IMG/VR virus record: IMGVR_UViG_3300046004_001116
Span: 1-64,000 of that record
From: a virus
Reading direction: 5' to 3' (one strand)
DNA: 64,000 nt
Both the position numbers and the translations under genes were made by a program. Positions 46,356 through 56,942 of this stretch are shown piece by piece. How positions within the stretch are numbered: position 1 is the first letter of the stretch; each line of letters begins with the position of its first letter. The notes under the pieces are model-generated. The model saw nothing but the letters and a program-made list of their open reading frames with translations, did no database searches and was not told where the DNA came from.

Positions 46356-46486
46356 AATTTAAGAGAGAGTAGCTCAGGTAGTAGAGCAAATCCTAGTAGT
46401 GCAACATTAGATAAGTTCTCGAGATTAGTCTATACGCAACAAACCCGATCGTGCCGCCGATGCAAGTCCGGCCTCTCTCTTAAATT
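46356..46486 (+). ncRNA. tRNA-like RNA with 14-bp closing stem and expanded middle domain
   Basis: aatttaagagagag/ctctctcttaaatt; D arm gctc..gagc; T-like arm gccga-tgcaagt-ccggc. Confidence 0.6.
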
Positions 46487-46547
46487 GTTAATAACTTAAG
46501 ACCTGCAAATTTTTATTTGTAGGTTTTTTTGTTTAATTTTATATACT

Positions 46548-47363
46548 ATGAAAACAATAAAAACATACAGCATTGGTGATATCCACGGTAGAAACGATTG
46601 GATGTACTTTACACACGGATCTCCTGTAGATTTTGAAACCTGGAGAACTCACGTAGAAGCTAGCGGCGGGCCAGATGGATATGCTGACTTTGACCAACCT
46701 GACTGGCATAACTATACAATGTATGACAAGATCATATTCGTTGGTGATTATGTAGATTCTTTTACTGTCTCTAACTTGGAGATTAAAAAGAATCTTGAGG
46801 ATATCATTTTCTTTAAGAAGACTTGTCCTGACAAAGTAGTTCTTCTTTTAGGAAATCATGACATATCTTACATTGTGCCTAATCAAGAATGTTCTGGGTT
46901 TAGATCTACTATGAAATGGGATTTAGCTGACATCTTTACTAAAAACGCTAATCTTTTTAAACTTGCTCATCAGATTGGTAATGTTCTTTGGACACATGCA
47001 GGTGTAACTGTTGGTTGGTGGAAAGAATTTGAAAAAGAGATGTATGATCCAAAGAATAGATTCATTGACGTTGCTAGAGATAACATGGGTGCAAACTTTG
47101 CGGACTTACTTAATCTTGGATGGGATATGAAACTCGAAAGCATTTATAACGTAGATCATATCTCTGGCGGGTTTCAAATGTGGGCAGGGCCTCTTTGGGT
47201 TAGACCTCATGTTTTAAATAAAAATGCTATGGGCGGTATCAAGCAAATTGTAGGTCATACACCACAAGCGGCTATTTGGGAATGTGAAAACGTAGTTTAC
47301 ATTGACTGCTTAGAGCACGGTGGTGATTCTGGTGATTGCTATGCACTTGATGTAGTAGTATAA
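46548..47363 (+). CDS. Calcineurin-like metallophosphoesterase
   Basis: GDIHG, GDYVD, GNHD, HAG, GPLWVR, VGHT. Confidence 0.88.
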   Translation: MKTIKTYSIGDIHGRNDWMYFTHGSPVDFETWRTHVEASGGPDGYADFDQPDWHNYTMYDKIIFVGDYVDSFTVSNLEIKKNLEDIIFFKKTCPDKVVLLLGNHDISYIVPNQECSGFRSTMKWDLADIFTKNANLFKLAHQIGNVLWTHAGVTVGWWKEFEKEMYDPKNRFIDVARDNMGANFADLLNLGWDMKLESIYNVDHISGGFQMWAGPLWVRPHVLNKNAMGGIKQIVGHTPQAAIWECENVVYIDCLEHGGDSGDCYALDVVV

Positions 47364-47410
47364 GAACTTTCGGGTTGCTCATGTATATAAGTTTAATAAA
47401 CTAACGATAC

Positions 47411-47935
47411 ATGAGCAAAACGTATATCATTACTGATACACACTTTAATGGGAATGTTTACAGCAATCCCAACTACACACAAACTATTTTTAACTATTGG
47501 TCTACTATCGTTGGTCCAGATGATACTATCATTCATGGCGGTGATGTTTGCTCGGGTTCTTGGAATAAGGTATCTGAACAAATTGCTTCAATGCCTGGAA
47601 AGAAAATCCTTGTCCGAGGAAATCATGACGGTGCTAAAGATGAAAAGTATCTTGAAGCATTTGATGAAGTCTATTCAACATATGTTGACACAGAGAATGA
47701 TGTAGTTTATTCTCACTACCCAGTAGATGCAGAGATATATAATTGTAAATATAACATCTTTGGACACTTCCATAAGTACCCCCAGAATATGAAAGACAGT
47801 CTTGTACGCAGGTACAAAGGTTTCTTTGATTTTAATCGTAACTTTACTTACTGTATTGTGGATTGGGAATACAAACCTGTAGAAGTTCAGGTGTTTCTTA
47901 AAAAATGTATAGATCATGCCAAATTTTGTGTTTAG
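47411..47935 (+). CDS. Metallophosphoesterase
   Basis: TDTH, GGD, GNHD, SHYP, GHFH. Confidence 0.85.
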   Translation: MSKTYIITDTHFNGNVYSNPNYTQTIFNYWSTIVGPDDTIIHGGDVCSGSWNKVSEQIASMPGKKILVRGNHDGAKDEKYLEAFDEVYSTYVDTENDVVYSHYPVDAEIYNCKYNIFGHFHKYPQNMKDSLVRRYKGFFDFNRNFTYCIVDWEYKPVEVQVFLKKCIDHAKFCV

Positions 47936-48683
47936 CTTTCAAGAGTTCTTAACAGAGAACGAAGTATTTGAAGGAACCAATAGAGTAGATAAAAGACTAT
48001 CTGACGAAGTACAAGAAGAGTACAACAAATTAAAAATCGAATCTTTAAAGAAACAAATTGACTTGTGTAAAAAACATAAAGTTAAGTGCTTTATAGATTA
48101 TGGTTCACTATTAGGTTTATACCGAGACAAAAAACTTATCAAGCACGATAACGATACTGATGTTGCTATCTTTGGTGAAACAGTAACAAAAGAATTTCTT
48201 GAAGATGTAGAGAAAGAATTTGTTTTACAACGTCCAACAAAAATGAGTGCTTTAATTAATAAGTTATTTGTAAGTGATGAAAATGCTGATGATTATCACC
48301 AGATTCCTTACGTAGGTCTTGCGCTTAAAGGTAAAGATGGTAAAGAAATTCAGGTTACCGCAATGTCTAAAAAGAAAATTGGCGTTCCTGGAGATTTCTT
48401 TTTCTATTATCCATACGGTGATGGGAAACGTATTACAAGATATCCAGGATGGGAAGTTCAATTAACTGATGCAAAGCATTTTGATAAACTTGGAACTTTA
48501 AAACATGATGGGTATGATTTTCCAATTCCTGGAGATCCTGAAGTCTATTTAGAATATCTTTATGGTAAAGATTGGAAAACACCAAAGTCAAATTCAGGTC
48601 TAAACGATGATTGCGAATTTATATCCAGAGCAAAAGGTAAAGCATACTGCTATTCCCATAAAGAAGGTAAGTACAAGAAGTAA
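47916..48683 (+). CDS. LicD-family phospho-transferase
   Basis: YGSLLGLYRD..LIKHDNDTDV; PEVYLEYLYGKDWKTP. Confidence 0.85.
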   Translation: MPNFVFSFQEFLTENEVFEGTNRVDKRLSDEVQEEYNKLKIESLKKQIDLCKKHKVKCFIDYGSLLGLYRDKKLIKHDNDTDVAIFGETVTKEFLEDVEKEFVLQRPTKMSALINKLFVSDENADDYHQIPYVGLALKGKDGKEIQVTAMSKKKIGVPGDFFFYYPYGDGKRITRYPGWEVQLTDAKHFDKLGTLKHDGYDFPIPGDPEVYLEYLYGKDWKTPKSNSGLNDDCEFISRAKGKAYCYSHKEGKYKK

Positions 48684-48810
48684 TATAATGTTGATATAGA
48701 TAATATCAATAATTTTTTTTTCACACATTGGAGGTCTTTATAGGTCCTCCATTGTTTTGCCCAGAAAACTATTAACTATTTAAAGTATATAATTTCAATA
48801 AAACTTATTT

Positions 48811-49203
48811 ATGATACATACATTTATTATTGATGTTGACGATACCATTTTAACCACGCCTCTCAAAGAAGATGGAAAGTATGATTATGATAATTCTCAG
48901 CCTATTCCACTAACCATTGAGAGGATTCGTAGTCTTAAAAAGGATGGTCATAGCATCATATTGTTTACAGCTCGCGGTATGAAAACATTTGCCGGAGATG
49001 TTAAAAAGATTAAGAAAGAACATGAAGATCGTTTACTTAATTGGCTTAAAGTCAATGACTGTCCTTACGATTCTATTATCTTTGGTAAACCTTGGGGTCC
49101 TAATCCTGTTTACGTAGATAATCGTAATTTATCTTTACATGCATTTGCTACAAGTGCTCCAGAATTTTTTGAACCAATCATCCTAGTCGAAAATAAACTA
49201 TGA
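48811..49203 (+). CDS. HAD phosphatase (capsule-biosynthesis EcbF/BcbF type)
   Basis: DVDDTI, FTARGM, FGKP, YVDNR. Confidence 0.8.
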   Translation: MIHTFIIDVDDTILTTPLKEDGKYDYDNSQPIPLTIERIRSLKKDGHSIILFTARGMKTFAGDVKKIKKEHEDRLLNWLKVNDCPYDSIIFGKPWGPNPVYVDNRNLSLHAFATSAPEFFEPIILVENKL

Positions 49204-50792
49204 CATCAGTAATTATTCCAGCCGCTGGTTTAGCCAGTAGAATGAAACCTCTTTCACGAGGTGTAAGTAAAGCAATGATCCCAGTTAACGGTCGTCCGTT
49301 AATTTCATATATCATTGAAACCCTACTTAAAGATTATCCAACTAGAGAAATCGTAATCGTTGAGAATGAACTTGGCGATATTAAAGAATTTGTTAACCGA
49401 GTCTATAATACTTCCAATATTAAAACTGTTGTTCAAGAGGAAAAACTTGGACCGCTGCATGCAATATCTTTAGGTCATAATGCCTTGGAGAATAAAGAAT
49501 CTGGTGTAACAGTTTGGTTAGGTGATACTATCTGTCTTGATGAATTTCCCTTTCATAAAGATTTCTTAGCAGTTCAATCTGTTGAAGATCCTCATCGTTG
49601 GTGTCTTGTAGACCAAGACGGTAAACTGTATGATAAACCTGATACTGCAGTTCCTACAGATTTAGCATTAATTGGTGTGTATAACTTTGCTAATCGTAAA
49701 GCATTTGATACTTCTATGAAAGTAGGCATGAAAAAACCAACACATAAAGGTGAGTACCAAATTGCTGCTCTATTAGAAAACTATATCTTAAGCTATAAAA
49801 TGCAACTTGTAGGTACTAATGAATGGTATGATTGTGGCGAACTTAATACTTATTACGAATCTAAAGCAAAATTGCTTCAAAGAACTGCCAGATCATTTAA
49901 CAAGATCAAGGTAGATACATTCTATAATATCATTTCTAAATCTAGTGATTCTCCGGAAAAGCAAAGAAAGATACAAGATGAAAAAGAATGGTTCTTAGCT
50001 CTAGATCCTTGGGCATCACAATTCATTCCAAGAATACTTCCGTCTGAGGTTGGTGAGTTATCAATGTCATTGGAACCGGGTATTGCTTTAAACGAAATTA
50101 TTGTGTATGATAATTTAAGAACAGATATTTGGCATGATATTATACGTAAGATTGTAAACATTCATCATGGTGTCTTTAAAAGACCTTCTAAAATATCAGA
50201 AGATCGCATGAAAGAAGAATGCTTCCGTGCTTATGTTCTAAAAAATGTAAACCGTCTTGACGGCATGAAGGATACTATTATTACTTCTCAAGATAAGTTT
50301 CAGATGGTTAGAGATTTCGTTGAGCAAACTGGCTACATGTTATGTTCAGATCCTCATCCATACTGGTCACAAATCATGCATGGTGATTCTCATTTAGGAA
50401 ATCTTATTTATGATCCACACTCAGGTTCTATTAAATTTGTTGATCCTCGAGGTTCATTTGGTAATCTTAAAGGTACTGAAGGCGACATGCGATATGATAT
50501 GGCAAAATTAATGCAAGATTTTTACTGCGGGTACAGTATGATTATGGCAGATCGTTATATCTTATTTGGAGAAACTTGTTCTATTGACTGGGTTCCTGGA
50601 ACGGAAAACTTATCAGCTATGCTTGAAGAGCAACTTGTAGAAAACTTTTACGATGTAAACTTACTTAAACGATTGGCAATTGTTTTATTAATCACAGCAA
50701 TTCCTTTTCATACTGATGATAAAAATCGACAAGAAGCATTTTGGTTAAGAGGTATTGAACTAATCGAGGCTATAAAAGACGGAGATAAATAA
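49200..50792 (+). CDS. Sugar nucleotidyltransferase fused to APH/choline-kinase-like domain
   Basis: IPAAGLASRM..SKAM; WYDCG; HGDSHLGN..FVDPRG..YDMAKL. Confidence 0.85.
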   Translation: MTSVIIPAAGLASRMKPLSRGVSKAMIPVNGRPLISYIIETLLKDYPTREIVIVENELGDIKEFVNRVYNTSNIKTVVQEEKLGPLHAISLGHNALENKESGVTVWLGDTICLDEFPFHKDFLAVQSVEDPHRWCLVDQDGKLYDKPDTAVPTDLALIGVYNFANRKAFDTSMKVGMKKPTHKGEYQIAALLENYILSYKMQLVGTNEWYDCGELNTYYESKAKLLQRTARSFNKIKVDTFYNIISKSSDSPEKQRKIQDEKEWFLALDPWASQFIPRILPSEVGELSMSLEPGIALNEIIVYDNLRTDIWHDIIRKIVNIHHGVFKRPSKISEDRMKEECFRAYVLKNVNRLDGMKDTIITSQDKFQMVRDFVEQTGYMLCSDPHPYWSQIMHGDSHLGNLIYDPHSGSIKFVDPRGSFGNLKGTEGDMRYDMAKLMQDFYCGYSMIMADRYILFGETCSIDWVPGTENLSAMLEEQLVENFYDVNLLKRLAIVLLITAIPFHTDDKNRQEAFWLRGIELIEAIKDGDK

Positions 50793-50806
50793 TCTATACA
50801 AAACAA

Positions 50807-52222
50807 ATGGCGCTATTTATAAAAACGCATGATCGTCCTTTAACAGGAAAACCTAAAGCAATGTTATTCTTTCCTCGTGACTTCGAGAAAATGGAATACA
50901 TTATGGGATTCGGTATTCCTGTTTTAGAATACCTAAGCGAACACTACGATCCAATCATAATCACGGGTTCTAACAGTGACACTACACACTTTAAAAAGTA
51001 CGGACAAGTTTGGGGTTTCTCAATTGCACATCTTTTAAAGCTGAAAGAGTTCTCAATGAAACGCGCTGATGAAATGGAAGGCGATGACACAAACTGGGAA
51101 TACAACCGAGACATTGTCACAGCTGAACTTGAACTATCATTTGGTAAAGAATTCTTTCAAGATCTTACCAAAATCTTTATGATAGATCCTATTGATTTTA
51201 TCTTACCACAAACTTCATACGTTCCTAAGAAATCTAGTGAACTTCTTTGTGAAAGAAAAAATGAATTTCATGATACGGTAAACGCAGATCTTCATGAACT
51301 TGCTACAATTACTGACTATAATAAAAAGACTGCTGAAAAGTATTATTCTCGTGCTTCGGTCTTAGCTTTTGGTAGTCACAACAAAAACATCAGTATGTCA
51401 TTAATTGACTGGAGTGTTAAACAAGCAAGTAATTTTGAGTGTGCTTATGGATTTATTAATGATCCTGCTTTTTACTATCCTATCTTTGAGCTTTGGGGTA
51501 TTCCGTTTAAAGCACTTTACTTTGCTGATGATAATCGAGGTACTCGTGATTTCCATGAATTTCCAATTGGCGAACTTCAACATATAGTATGGGACAGCCG
51601 CAAAAAAGTAAAAGATCTTCTTTCTTTTGATGAACCAGTGAAACAAGATAAAGATTTCTTTTTTGCTGGAACTATCTTTCAAGAAAAAGGTGGCCGAGTT
51701 GAGCTATATGAAAGATACTTAAAAGATTTAAGACTTCCTAACTCGGATCTGTTTATTCCACAAAGAGCAAACGGTATTGTTTACTCTAAAGATAACAATG
51801 ACAGATTTGTAAATAAACTTACAGATAAGTTTGCTGAACTGCATGCAAATGTTTTAGCTCATCCTATGTATGCTAATCATATTGTTCCTGCTGAATATGA
51901 AGATACTGTTAAGCACTACAAGTACGGAATGTTATTACGTTGTGTATCTTATTATGATTCTTTAAACTTCAGACCTATACTATATGCAAGATTAGGAATA
52001 CTTCCTTTCATAGATCCTCAATATGATCCGCTTGGATTACAAATTCCACTAGACATACAAGAGCACTTGGTTGTTCAAGATGCTGCGGATATTGAGAAAA
52101 AAGTTGCATATTTTAATGCAAATCCTGCACACAGACAAGAACTATTAAGTAAACTTGAATATAAATTTAAGGTTAAAACATTCAACAAGGAATGGAAAAC
52201 CATCTTATCTCAATACATATAA
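50807..52222 (+). CDS. Putative GT-B glycosyltransferase (phage DNA glucosyltransferase-like)
   Basis: FFFAGTI...R, NFRP...LPFIDPQYD; similar C-terminal layout to the next gene. Confidence 0.55.
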   Translation: MALFIKTHDRPLTGKPKAMLFFPRDFEKMEYIMGFGIPVLEYLSEHYDPIIITGSNSDTTHFKKYGQVWGFSIAHLLKLKEFSMKRADEMEGDDTNWEYNRDIVTAELELSFGKEFFQDLTKIFMIDPIDFILPQTSYVPKKSSELLCERKNEFHDTVNADLHELATITDYNKKTAEKYYSRASVLAFGSHNKNISMSLIDWSVKQASNFECAYGFINDPAFYYPIFELWGIPFKALYFADDNRGTRDFHEFPIGELQHIVWDSRKKVKDLLSFDEPVKQDKDFFFAGTIFQEKGGRVELYERYLKDLRLPNSDLFIPQRANGIVYSKDNNDRFVNKLTDKFAELHANVLAHPMYANHIVPAEYEDTVKHYKYGMLLRCVSYYDSLNFRPILYARLGILPFIDPQYDPLGLQIPLDIQEHLVVQDAADIEKKVAYFNANPAHRQELLSKLEYKFKVKTFNKEWKTILSQYI

Positions 52223-52225
52223 TTA

Positions 52226-53620
52226 ATGAAAACAGAAAATTTAACAGTTGCAGTTTATCCTATTGGATCTTCAATGAAGTTCAGTAAGGAAAAACTTAAA
52301 AGATCTGATGGATCATCTGAGTATTTTAAATTAATCTGGGCGCTTGTTCGTAACGAATCCATTAGTTCAGTTTGGTTAGTTCAGCGTAGTGATTGGAAAC
52401 GTTTATCTTTTGAAGAAAAGGCAGAAATTGACCCAAGAGGTGTTCTGCGTGATATTCATTCAGAATTTGCCGTTGAACTACCACCTGGTAGACGTCAAGG
52501 TCCTGATGGAAATCTTATTCCTCATACAAAAGAAGAACAAGAAAAATACATGGATCTTTGGAACAAAGTAAAAGATCTTCCACAACCTGACTTTGGGTTT
52601 GGATTTGCTTCACAAGGATTAACTATGGTAAATATTCCTGGAATAGTGCCAAGTATTAAAGATCCTTCAAGAATGACAGGTGCATTGGATATGACTCTTA
52701 TTTATGGAGCTCCACTTGTACACTACTTAAATATGTCAAACATCCCTTGGTTTATGATTATGACGGATCCTCGTTACATCAAGAAAAACCAAAAATGGCG
52801 TGATATGGTTAACGGTCCTAGAGAATGTATTGCACAATACAATTCTGACATTAACTTTACTCACTTTGACACTTACCCTGATTTAACAAGTGGAAACGAA
52901 ATCACTGAGAAACTTATTCTTACGTACTCCGGTATTGAGAAAATGAATCTTATTGGTGAAACTGTTGTACCACCTGATACTGAGCGTGATGTTAAATTCT
53001 CAATCGTTGCAATGCAATCTGCTTATGGTAAAACTACAACTGTAGATTATCGTTTAGAAGCATTAAAGAAATGGATCTTAACTCAACCTAATTCTAAAGA
53101 TTGTGAAATCTTTGGTAAATGGGACGAGCGCTTCATTAAACAATACCCACAGTTTAAAGGTTATAAGGCTCCCGAGGAAATTGATGAAATCTTTAAAAGA
53201 ACTCGATACACACTTATCATACCTATTCGTCCTGACTGGGTTACAAGTAAATATGCAGAAATGCTTCGCGTAGGTGTACTTCCTTTTTATCACCCTGATT
53301 ACGATACACAATTTTCAACTATTCCTAAAGATCATTATCTTAGAGTAAAAACTCCTAAAGAAATGTTTGATAAGATTGAAGATCTTGAAGCAAATCCAGA
53401 GAAACGAATTGCTTTGGTTAAACAATTACAATTAATGTTCTTACGGGGTGTTCGTCAAGGTTCGTTTATTGCTGATGTGGTTAATCCTTTCTTAGAGCGT
53501 GCAGGTGTTCCTGTCGTTGTAGGTAAAGGCTATTCTGATGAATTACTTCGTACACCACAAATGTCAGATTATAATAAACCAACTAAAGCACCGGTGATTA
53601 ATTCTGCAGCATTATTTTAG
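52226..53620 (+). CDS. Putative GT-B glycosyltransferase (beta-glucosyltransferase-like)
   Basis: MTDPRY, IFGKW, TSKYAEM..GVLPFYHPDYD. Confidence 0.6.
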   Translation: MKTENLTVAVYPIGSSMKFSKEKLKRSDGSSEYFKLIWALVRNESISSVWLVQRSDWKRLSFEEKAEIDPRGVLRDIHSEFAVELPPGRRQGPDGNLIPHTKEEQEKYMDLWNKVKDLPQPDFGFGFASQGLTMVNIPGIVPSIKDPSRMTGALDMTLIYGAPLVHYLNMSNIPWFMIMTDPRYIKKNQKWRDMVNGPRECIAQYNSDINFTHFDTYPDLTSGNEITEKLILTYSGIEKMNLIGETVVPPDTERDVKFSIVAMQSAYGKTTTVDYRLEALKKWILTQPNSKDCEIFGKWDERFIKQYPQFKGYKAPEEIDEIFKRTRYTLIIPIRPDWVTSKYAEMLRVGVLPFYHPDYDTQFSTIPKDHYLRVKTPKEMFDKIEDLEANPEKRIALVKQLQLMFLRGVRQGSFIADVVNPFLERAGVPVVVGKGYSDELLRTPQMSDYNKPTKAPVINSAALF

Positions 53621-53621
53621 T

Positions 53622-54359
53622 ATGAAAGATTATTCAAAATTTTGGGATGCGGTCTACGTAATCAATCTTGATTTTAGACAAGACCGCTGGGAAAGCATAC
53701 AGGCAAAAGCAGCGGTCATAGGATTACCTATAGAACGCTGGAATGCTGTTAAAGCAACTGATGTTAATTTAGAAAAGGACCGAGTTGGAATCCGAGTGAA
53801 AAAGACTTCATGTGTTGCTTGCGCTTTATCACATTATGGAATTTATCGTGATGCACTATCTAAAGGATATGATAACATACTTGTTCTTGAAGACGACGCT
53901 GATCTTCCTCTTGACTTATATGAACAAGTGGATAATATGTTTAACACAAATGAATATTACTTAAAGAATTATGATCTTATCTATTTAGGATGTGCTGACA
54001 AATATCCAAATGTTTCTTTAACAGAAAATTTAGCATTATCACAATTTACATTACTTACGCATGCACTTCTATTTTCTAAAAGAGGTATGGAAAAAGTAAT
54101 AGAAATCATTGATACTCAAGATGACGGTAAATGTCGTATGAGTGTTGATGTATTCCTTGCAGAAAGATTACAACCGCTAAATAAAACTTTTCAAGCGGTT
54201 CCTTCAATTATAACAACTATTACAAGCACATCAGATATCGCAGGTTGGAAAAGAACTTGGAGCTCTATGCTATCTGACTGCAAACATCAAGGATTAAAGA
54301 ATCCGAAAAAATGGGAATCTTTTGAGAAAAGAGCCAAATCAATAAAACAATACTTATAA
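53622..54359 (+). CDS. Glycosyltransferase family 25
   Basis: YVINLDFRQDR, CALSH, LVLEDDA. Confidence 0.85.
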   Translation: MKDYSKFWDAVYVINLDFRQDRWESIQAKAAVIGLPIERWNAVKATDVNLEKDRVGIRVKKTSCVACALSHYGIYRDALSKGYDNILVLEDDADLPLDLYEQVDNMFNTNEYYLKNYDLIYLGCADKYPNVSLTENLALSQFTLLTHALLFSKRGMEKVIEIIDTQDDGKCRMSVDVFLAERLQPLNKTFQAVPSIITTITSTSDIAGWKRTWSSMLSDCKHQGLKNPKKWESFEKRAKSIKQYL

Positions 54360-54368
54360 AAATTAATT

Positions 54369-55583
54369 ATGACAAAAGACGGAAAAATAAAGTACGGTGT
54401 CGCAGTTCCATTAATTGGTGGAATGGCCGTTGCCAATAAAAATTCTACTGGGGAAGATCCAAGTTTCATTGTGTCTTTTCCTGCGTTTGCTGGTAACGAT
54501 GCCCACTGTGTGAACAGATTTAAAGACGTGCCATATTTGCTAGCAGATGAAGAAACTAATGAGTTAGGAGATTATGAAAGTGCACTTTTTGATGATGTAG
54601 ATTTTGTATCTGCCGTTTGTCCTTGTGCAGGTTTATCAATGCTTAACTCAAGTACAACAGGTTCAGCAAAAGCAAGAGGTGGAGACGCCGCTCAAAATGA
54701 CTGGATGTACAAAAGTGCTCGTCTTGTTCTTGGTACTGTTAAACCAAAAGTATTCTGGGGCGAAAACGCGCCAGGACTATACAGTGCTATGGGTGAAAAG
54801 GTTGTTGAGAATTTAAAAGTAATTGGTAAAGAATTTGGTTATTCTTTCTCACTTGTTAAAACTGATACATTCTTACATGGTATTCCTCAACACAGAATGA
54901 GATCGTTTTACTTTTTCTGGAAAGACAGTGAAGCACCAATCTTAGGTTACACAAAACGTGAGGCTCCAATGTTAAAAGATTACCTTGATATGATTCCTGA
55001 AGGTGTTACAGAAATGGACAGACCGTTTGGACTTGGTGATATTTCTGAAAATGGATGGTTCTTGTTTGCAAAAACTCAAGGATGGGATACGCAAAAATTA
55101 CTAGAGAGTCATTATAAAACTATGTTCCACTTTGTTTCTGGTGAAGGTTTAGTTCAGGAAGCACTTGATTGGGCAGAAGCTAATGAAAATCTACAAATGA
55201 AAAAGTTTATTGCACACACGCAAAAGAAACTCGCAGATAATAAAGGTTGGTGGGACGGAACTCCACTTATCTTTAATGAAGCAACCAATGCTATCATTGC
55301 AAAGAACTCAGCAATTATACGACCTGGGCATGAAAGAGGTATTACAATTCGTGAAGCAATGTGGTTAATGGGTCTTCCTCATGATTTTGAATTGGTAGGT
55401 GGTTCTTTTAATCATATCTGTCAGAATGTTCCTGTAACAACTGCAACCGATTGGACAAATGAAATCGTAAGATTCATTAAAGGAGAGATAACAGAATTTG
55501 GTGGTGATTTTGTAAAACAGAATAACATTAACCAAAGAATTGACTATGCTGCTAAAACTATGACCTCAAAAAAATTATTCTAA
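54369..55583 (+). CDS. C5 cytosine DNA methyltransferase-like protein
   Basis: PCAGLS (IV), ENAP (VI), PQHRMR (VIII), QNVP (X); divergent motif I PLIGG. Confidence 0.75.
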   Translation: MTKDGKIKYGVAVPLIGGMAVANKNSTGEDPSFIVSFPAFAGNDAHCVNRFKDVPYLLADEETNELGDYESALFDDVDFVSAVCPCAGLSMLNSSTTGSAKARGGDAAQNDWMYKSARLVLGTVKPKVFWGENAPGLYSAMGEKVVENLKVIGKEFGYSFSLVKTDTFLHGIPQHRMRSFYFFWKDSEAPILGYTKREAPMLKDYLDMIPEGVTEMDRPFGLGDISENGWFLFAKTQGWDTQKLLESHYKTMFHFVSGEGLVQEALDWAEANENLQMKKFIAHTQKKLADNKGWWDGTPLIFNEATNAIIAKNSAIIRPGHERGITIREAMWLMGLPHDFELVGGSFNHICQNVPVTTATDWTNEIVRFIKGEITEFGGDFVKQNNINQRIDYAAKTMTSKKLF

Positions 55584-56290
55584 TGCTTGGAGATTGTTTT
55601 TTAGCCACTATTGCATACGAGAATCACGAGTACTTGCCTCTACTTGTAGAACAGTTTCCTGATTTGATAATATATGATGCCTCTGTAAAAAACATTTATA
55701 GAGGTCCTGGTAAGATTGTAAAAATTCCTAATGAAGGTTTCACTGGTAATTGGAATCTTATCTTTGAAGATTTTGAACATTCAGACAAAAAGTTTATTTG
55801 GATGACAAATAACGATATCACAATTGAGACTTCGACTGTTGAGAGAATGAGAGAAGTGCTATGGAGTGAACCTAAAGCAGCTTGTGTGGTTGCTTCTTAT
55901 AATTCTCATCATCAACCATTAAGATGTCAGGAAAAGGGAATTCGTCCTGTGCCTTTCATGGAACAAACTTCACCTTTATACCGTAAAGAAGCACTGCTAT
56001 CACTTTTTAATTCTAAAGGATATTTCTTATATCCAGGTATTAAAATGGGTTGGGGCGTTGATGTAATCTCATCATTTCAATTAAGAGAATTAGGCTGGGA
56101 TTTACTTGTTATTGATGACGTAGAATTTAAACATCATATTGCTGAAAATGCAAAAGCAGAATATGGTTCTAAAAAGGAATACTCTAAGATTGCTGCTGCT
56201 GACCGAGGCAGACATATTGTTGAAGTATTAGGAACAGGTTACAAAAAGAAATTACTTAAAGGTCTTGAAGAATACAAATACAAAATTTAA
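55583..56290 (+). CDS. GT2-like glycosyltransferase
   Basis: NEGFTGNWN, NNDI, GWGVD. Confidence 0.7.
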   Translation: MLGDCFLATIAYENHEYLPLLVEQFPDLIIYDASVKNIYRGPGKIVKIPNEGFTGNWNLIFEDFEHSDKKFIWMTNNDITIETSTVERMREVLWSEPKAACVVASYNSHHQPLRCQEKGIRPVPFMEQTSPLYRKEALLSLFNSKGYFLYPGIKMGWGVDVISSFQLRELGWDLLVIDDVEFKHHIAENAKAEYGSKKEYSKIAAADRGRHIVEVLGTGYKKKLLKGLEEYKYKI

Positions 56291-56291
56291 C

Positions 56292-56903
56292 ATGAGAAAA
56301 TTAAACATTACACGAGAAGAATTTATTACGCTCTGGCCTAAAGGACTTAAAGTAGCAGAGATTGGTGTGTTTAAAGGAGTTCATTCAAAAGAACTAATAA
56401 AATCTAACCCATCACAATTAACATTAATTGATATCTGGCGTCATATTGAAGACGATGGAGTTTACAGCACACTTGATGCATGTAATTTATCAAACCGCGG
56501 TCATATCCGTATTTGGAATAAAGTAATTAAAGCGTTTGCCGATAATCCTGAAGTAGAAATTGTCAGAGAATTTGGTGATGTTCATGCTCAGACTGTTGCT
56601 GATGAACACTACGACGTAGTTTATATTGATGGCGACCATTCATATGAAGGTTGCTTGAGAGATATGGAAGCTTGGAAAACTAAAGTTGCTAAAGGTGGAT
56701 TTATGTATGGCCATGATTACACAGATTCATACGCTTGGATTGAGGTAATCAAATCAGTAACACAATTTTTACAAGATAACCTAGATTGGCATTTAGTAGC
56801 AATCACAGGAGAAAGACCAAGAAAATCACCAAGCTGGATCATAGCTCGTAAAGAATCTTTTGTGTGGGATCTGTTAACATTATCACCAGAAACCGAGAAT
56901 TAA
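56292..56903 (+). CDS. Class I methyltransferase (Methyltransf_24)
   Basis: EIGVFKG, YIDGDHSY, GHDY. Confidence 0.85.
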   Translation: MRKLNITREEFITLWPKGLKVAEIGVFKGVHSKELIKSNPSQLTLIDIWRHIEDDGVYSTLDACNLSNRGHIRIWNKVIKAFADNPEVEIVREFGDVHAQTVADEHYDVVYIDGDHSYEGCLRDMEAWKTKVAKGGFMYGHDYTDSYAWIEVIKSVTQFLQDNLDWHLVAITGERPRKSPSWIIARKESFVWDLLTLSPETEN

Positions 56904-56942
56904 TAGTTCTTGGATGTATATAAAATTTAACTAACTTATTAT

